Shown: piece by piece, positions 57,727-64,000 of the stretch
Position numbering within the stretch: position 1 is the first letter of the stretch
Layout: the number at the start of each line of letters is the position of its first letter
Origin: Macrostomum lignano
Lineage: Eukaryota
Assembly (NCBI GenBank): GCA_002269645.1
Contig: NIVC01000012.1
Span: forward strand, 124,001 to 188,000
Direction: 5' to 3'
DNA length: 64,000 nucleotides
The notes under the pieces: generated by a model
Database searches by the model: none
What the model saw: only the letters and a program-made list of their open reading frames with translations
Told to the model about the DNA's origin: nothing
Translations under genes and position numbers: made by a program

Positions 57727-58864
57727 TAGATTGGTGTAAAAACTATAAATAAAAAAATTATAAACAGTGAAAAATGCTATTCATAATCATACATTAATTA
57801 AGATGACAAAGTGACCCGCATCAAGGTGGGATGATTGATCATTTCATTTCCCTTAGATGATGAAACAGCAAATGACAAAATGAGTAGAAACCAAATGTGA
57901 CAAGAGATCACACTTTAAGATATAAGGTCAGGTCCATATCAAAGAATCACAGATAGATTGAGGAATATCTAATGGATAGAATTATTTGCATTGCTACATA
58001 GCATACACCACAAGGCACCAGATCTATAATTAAGGACTTCAGTGAGGGGCCAAATGCTTGAAAAAACAATGAACTGGGTAGAAGCTTCAATATCTCCCAT
58101 CTTTGTCCTCTACTCTTTGCAATCCCTTCTCACTTAGCCCAACTCTATGTTCTATGACATAAGTTGCATCACTCAAAAGTGGCAACTTTTAATGTGGTTG
58201 AGTATATATTACTTCAAAGGCAAAAGGTAAAACTCTGGATATGGCAGAAACCTTGTGTATTTTACGCCTAAAGGCTGATTCTGATTTTTACAGGTATTGT
58301 TGCTGAGGTTTTGGCAATTCTGTTTTGGTTATATTATATTTACTCTGATTGATACATCGAAGAATAATTTAAGAACAAATTTTTTTATTTTAGACTATCA
58401 TTAACATTTTTAGCCAAAAATTAGACCCCTATTATATTGCCTAATAGGCTAATTATATTGCCTAATAGGCTAAATGTATTATTAATATCTTAATAACTTT
58501 ATAATGCAATTATGTAAAAAATGCAAGTATAAACTAAAAAGAACATAATGATGTGGGGATTATATAAATAATCTATTTATGTTACTAGTAGTAGTTAACC
58601 ATGCATATTTTATCTCAACTAATCAGAAATTTTTCTCTTATTTGTTTTAATCTTGTGACAATTTGTTTAATCCTACTTTGTTATAAATTTTGTTGTTATT
58701 TTGTTTAAATATGTAGTGCTCACCCCCTCCCCTTTGTAATTCACTATAAAAAGGAGCAGCCTGGACTGAAAAATAAATAACTTGTATTTTTCTCTGACTT
58801 TTGCAAGCAACTCTTAGTAAAATTGAAGTTCAACTATAAAACTTCCACTAAGACTTGTCTTGCT

Positions 58865-59035
58865 AATTCTTTATTGGGAATAGGGAAACATGAGGTTGTG
58901 GAGACCCAGAATGGGAGTCTAGAATAGGGAAACTTGAGGTCATGGAGACCCAGAATAGGAGTCTGGAATAGGGAAACTTGAGGTCATGGAGACCCAAAAT
59001 AAGGGACCAGACTGACTTGAGGTCGTGGAGACTAT
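58865..59035 (+). repeat. ~45-bp repeat (GGGAAACTTGAGGTCATGGAGACCCAGAATAGGAGTCT), 3-4 copies
   Basis: Read directly from the sequence. Confidence 0.75.
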
Positions 59036-59550
59036 AAGAAAGCTATGCAGGCTAATAATAGACATTAGGTGCTAAGGAATTAGGCATTAGGGAGCTAGAT
59101 AACTACTGCTAGACACCCTTGATCCTTGAAGAACACAAGACTTTTGGACTTAGTTAGAGAATTAGATAGTGTCTTACCACTTGGGCACTAAAATGCCATT
59201 ATAAGATTTCTAAGAAATTGTGTGAATCAAAAATTTCTAGGTAAGAATCATAGCATAAGGGCAAACAACACTATTTAAAGTAGACAATTCAATGGCAACT
59301 TGATTAGGAACAATTAGGTCCATCATTTAATTTAGTGACAGAATACAGGAGCAAAGGTTAGTCCTAGAACATAAAAATACTGGCGTATGACTAAGACTGC
59401 TACAGCTATTATTGGCTACTGGTATTGAAGGGGAGCTACCAATCTTCTAGCATTGCTATTCCTCTCATAGGTTCCTTTCTTGCAGGCTTATATTGCTAGC
59501 TTTCTTACATATTCATCTCCTCTCTAGCATTATCCAATAACACATTAAGC

Positions 59551-60052
59551 CCATAGTGTAGATCATGTAGTGCACGCGAGAATTTTCCCGCGTGCATTTT
59601 CAAAAGTGGCGTGCACCGGCGTGCGATTAGGTAAGTGGTGTGCATTTGGCGTGCATAATGCACGTTACATAAATACACTGGCGTGCCTGGCATGCGCCGC
59701 GTGCCGCATGCCTGGCACCTGATGTGGCAAAGCTGCCAATGCAATGGTAAGCAGACATAAAATATGTATTATTGTATTTAACTTTTGAAAAAAACTATTG
59801 TAAATAAACAGTGTATAAGACTGTTAAATAAATTAATGTATGAGAAATACACGTTTTTAAAGATATATCATTTCTTTTGTACATCGTTTGTTGCTTTGTT
59901 TTACACAATGCAATTTAAAATACGTTTTTTGTCTTCAATTTGAATTTTAATTTATCGGCATGCATCGGCATGCATTTGCTTGTCGTTGGCGTGCTTTTGG
60001 GAATTAGCTTTGGGTCATTTCTCGTGTGCACTTAGCATGATCCACACTATGG
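59551..60052. mobile_element. 502-bp MITE with 8-bp TSD (hAT- or P-type)
   Basis: Imperfect ~33-bp TIR CCATAGTGTAGATCATG... / ...CATGATCCACACTATGG; TSD CATTAAGC at 59543-59550 and 60053-60060; GGCGTGC/GGCATGC subterminal motifs. Confidence 0.88.
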
Positions 60053-62139
60053 CATTAAGCCAAATTCCACCTCTAGCTCCTCAAGTGTGGCAGTCTTAGT
60101 GTGTGAATGTCTTAGTCCTACACCTAAAAAATGGTAGGCCTAAGTTCTTATATAAAAAGTAATTATAAAATACAAAGCCAGTAATAATAATTGTACTTTT
60201 TGCGCAAAAAAGGTCACAGGCCGTAATGCAAAAATGCCATAAGGAATTACAAAATTTTCTACAACTAAAAATGCTATAACTTTTTTATTCCTTGACAGAA
60301 ATTAACAAGTGAGGCCATTTTGGATTTTGGTTGCAGAGATCTACTTAGCTGCCCAAAAATATCCAAGAATAAAAAATGTTTCAAAACCTCACTGGAACCC
60401 CTACCAGTATAGTATAATAAAACTATTTTTTGAAAGTTTAACCAATCTTTTATTTTAGATATGGGCCAATTTATTTGCTTTAAATTTTGAAAAAAACAAC
60501 AAAAATATTTTGTTTTTATTTATTTAACAAGTTAGCTTTATTGCCCACTAGTTGGAAAACAACTTCCAATATAGTAAATTATATCTATTTCTATTACAAG
60601 AAAAAAGAATTATAAAGGCATAAGTTATAGCAAAAATGACATTTAAATATTATCCTCATTCATTTTTAGACCTAAGACTTTGCAACAAAGGCTTTGGCCA
60701 TTTTAGCTAGGGGCCTATTCTAGATCTATTTTTATCAATAGATAGGGGCCTAAGGGATAAAAAAAGCTAGAAAGTTGATCATAGATCATGATGATTTTGA
60801 TCATAGAAATTAGTTAAGCAAAAAATCTATAAAAAAATAATAGTAAAACCAGCAGCTTTTGTGGCTTTTGTCTTTTGTAAAAAGTTTTTGGGCAAAAATG
60901 ATTGCAGTGGCTAATAGGCCGAAGGGACTAGGCATCATCAAAATGTTGGAAATTTCAGATACAAAAAGTTTTTTAGCTTTTTTATTACTTGATCAATTCT
61001 CAAAAGTAAGCTGTAGGCCTATTTTTACTTAGGCCTAGTTATTACTAAATACTAAATGTGAGTAAATAGTAATGTAAATGAGATTTACTGAATGGAATAG
61101 AAAACATTAAAAAATAAACTTTGAATTCTCATTGGAGTTTCTAGACTCTAGTCCTTAATTCATATATACTTTATAACCATAAACTACATAAACGAAACTG
61201 AAAGGAAAAAAGATTAGCTGATCGATATCATTGCAGTCATTACACTCATATGTATATATACGCACGTAACGGCACGTGTGTGTCGGTTTGGATGAGCAGT
61301 TTCTAAGAAAATATAATCGTATTCAACCAATTTACGAGTACTATACTATACAAAACGTTTCTTCATATACACTATACAGTGTATAGTGGCTGTTCGTATG
61401 GTTTCTGGTCAGATCGTCATATTCAATTTTGTCATAAAGTATTACAAAGTGACTAGAAGCAAAGTAACTTTGTAAAATAATATGAAAGTGGCTAAAATAT
61501 TTTACTAAATAGGTTGTCCGTTGATGATGTTCATTACTATAAGTAACATGGGATGTCGGTTAGCCGATTAGCCGGTTCCGTTCTAATAAGCTCGTCATTA
61601 TTAAGCCGGACGCTAAATTGTTGCAGGTGGAGCGATGCGAACGCTCCATATGTCGCCTCCTCGGGCAATACATATAGTGTACTTCCTTTTGCGGGCTTAA
61701 TTAGTTTAGGAAATTTTTGAATAGCTTGCCAGGAATTGGTTTTGTGGCGATGACAAAAAGAGCGTTAATCATGCACGGAGTTGATTTCTTGTTCACGAAA
61801 ACATCAAAACTCTATCTTGGAATTTGGAATGCATTCAAGTAAATGGCAGAACATAATTGTAATAAGAGTTCCCGGAACACAATCCTAACATGCATACATA
61901 TGTACATTATGACAGAGTTACCGGATACTTCTAGTGGTCCTTGGGTAACTGTATATGACAATACAATTAGTGCATACGTACATGTATGGAGAGCTAGCTA
62001 ATCATGTAAACTAAAGGCTCCAGAATGGAGACTGAAGCACAGGGTCCCTGCAGTTTCTCTACGCCAATGTGATTTGAATCTCTCTTTAGTTGGAGCTTCA
62101 AATGCTTACATGGCGAGGGTGACCATATGATGACAAGAT

Positions 62140-63335
62140 GTCCAGAGCGCTTAGCATGGTCATCACGCGATCAACGACTGACCCACCTGGCGACCAGATA
62201 CATCAGTTTCAGGACGACCACACCACAGCTCCTCTGCTGAATTAAGCGGCACCTGCCGCGGGGTATCCGCACGTCGAACCCAGCGGCCCGTCTTCGGCAA
62301 CGTCAGCCACCCCGACTAAGAATCCTTCCATCTCATCCCCGATCACTGCCTCGTCACCTGCTGCACCTGTCATCGACTTCAACGCCCTCCTCACCTCATG
62401 ACTGCGATGATGCAGCATAACCATGCTGCTCATACACCAGCTCACCGCTAATATCCATCATGCCCCAACATTGGCCTAAATATTTCGGAACAAGAACCTT
62501 TGCCACAAGTGCCTTCGCCGACACCACATCAGGGACTGCCTTGACCGTGCAATTCCCCACACCAGCTTGCCTAAGACAGGCCAAAACGCCCACGTTAATT
62601 CAGGTGGTGACGCCGACTTCAAAGAGACAGCCAACTCCCAAGTCTCTGCCGCAGCCGACGTCGGAGGCCGATCGTGCCGACCATCATGCATGGCTACCTT
62701 CCGGGCCGCTCGATCGACTGCACAATTCTTCTCGACTCAGGCTGCTCACACTCGCATCTCGACGGCACCGTTGCCCACAAGCTTGGTCTCAAAGCCGCCA
62801 AGACACTTATGATAGCCAACTCTGTACCTTCCACTCCCTGATGATGTCCTAACAGCAGCGTCTGAAACCTTCCGCCTGACCACAATCCACGATACAGACG
62901 GTACCCTCGACCTCATTCTCAGTGGCGACGTGAACCAGTTACTCACCAGCCCTGCCGTTCCTGCCCTCGCTCTTCAACCGACTCTGACGGCCTACCTAAC
63001 GCCCTTCGAAGTCATCCTCAACGGTGCTATCAATGACACGGGTGCCCGCAGCATCAACAGCTTCCTCGGGTCCTCGCAGGCCTCTCAGGTCCTCGTCCTC
63101 AACAGTAACAACGATAACCTTCGCCTCGAGCGGCTTCTCGATCGCATGACTGACAGCTTAAGTTCTCGGCATAGCGAAGGACGCTGGAAAGCATGGCCCC
63201 AAAAGACGACGAGCTGACTCGACGCCTTCTCGCGTCCATTACCCGTGACTTCGATGGCTGCATCTCCGTCGACCTGCCATTCAAATACGGCGATGCACTT
63301 CTTCCATCAAACTTCGGGCAGGCCTTTTGGCCGTG
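62140..63335 (+). mobile_element. Degenerate BEL/Pao LTR retrotransposon gag-protease fragment
   Basis: Zinc-knuckle-like NLCHKCLRRHHIRDC (~62495), aspartic protease LLDSG...VAHKLGLK (~62728) and pre-RT DG.ISVDLPFK...LPSNFGQA (~63250); multiple stops and frameshifts. Confidence 0.75.
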
Positions 63336-64000
63336 CTCAGGCTACTCACCGACGCGTGAGCCTTCTCAAGCGCGACTAGAGAGTCCTGAAAAAAACACAA
63401 TTAAAGCATACCAAACTAAAAATAACACAGGAAGGTTTCCCATCCCATGAAATCCTCATCTATCATATTTCTTCCCATAGAGATCCCCAAATACTAAAGT
63501 GGTTGTGTTTTCAGCACAACGGAGCCATTTTGCTCCAAATGAAGGGATAGTAGTAGAGAAACCAGGACCCGATGCTTCAGCACCATTTTGACTCTTAAAT
63601 TCACATCCTCTGATTTTTTAAAGAAGTTTAATTTGAAAGAAGACTTTGAAAGAAGCTTGCTCAATATGTACGTTTGTCGATGAAACGTACATGTATTAAA
63701 GCTGTATTTAAAATGTTAAGAACTATCTTAACCTAAAACTCACAATAAATACGCTCCTATATTACTCGTGATAGATGCTTAGCAGCTAAGTTGCATCCTA
63801 CAGTAAAACTAAGAAGAGTAAGCTATAAAATTGTATCTACACTACAGTTCAGTACAACTTCGACACAAGTAAGATTCTATAAAGGTAAGAAAATGTGTGG
63901 GGGCAGAAACAGAATGCGTTACAGCTTTTTAGACAAAAATAACCTCGTCTTCTATCTGCAGTTGCAGTACATGTTAAACGAAATTGTAAAACGGCAGTTT

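Noticed and set aside
58590-58840. Possible solo LTR (TATA-like and AATAAA signals, AGTT...AACT ends)
   Set aside because: No PBS, PPT or TSD could be identified, and these motifs are common in AT-rich DNA.

Overview
This is animal (eukaryotic) genomic DNA, not prokaryotic: it has spliceosomal GT-AG introns, GC-rich exons in AT-rich spacers, and many micro- and minisatellites. A free-living flatworm such as Macrostomum is my guess from composition only. Host genes: an MFS transporter (- strand, two exons joined across a 3.5-kb purine minisatellite), an intronless divergent PPP-family Ser/Thr phosphatase (+), two class A peptide-type GPCRs (+ at 13-16 kb, - at 48.6-51.5 kb) and an unidentified - strand gene whose ~24-kb intron holds a transposon nest. 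The nest has three distinct, apparently full-length CACTA/EnSpm (CMC) transposons with CCC termini and 2-bp TSDs. Two of them sit in the same 29-bp satellite array at almost the same base of the repeat unit; the third is nested in an intron of the second. Each carries a spliced accessory gene with a DUF4806 or BEN-like C-terminus and its own subterminal motif. Also present: two MITEs with 8-bp TSDs, an internally deleted long-TIR mariner, a decayed BEL/Pao fragment and an LTR-like CRE/MEF2/AP-1/TATA promoter with a tRNA-Leu PBS-like site. Most long ORFs in the track are repeat artefacts. Several single-base frameshifts lie in homopolymers and may be assembly errors. All family calls come from motif recognition by eye; no searches were run.
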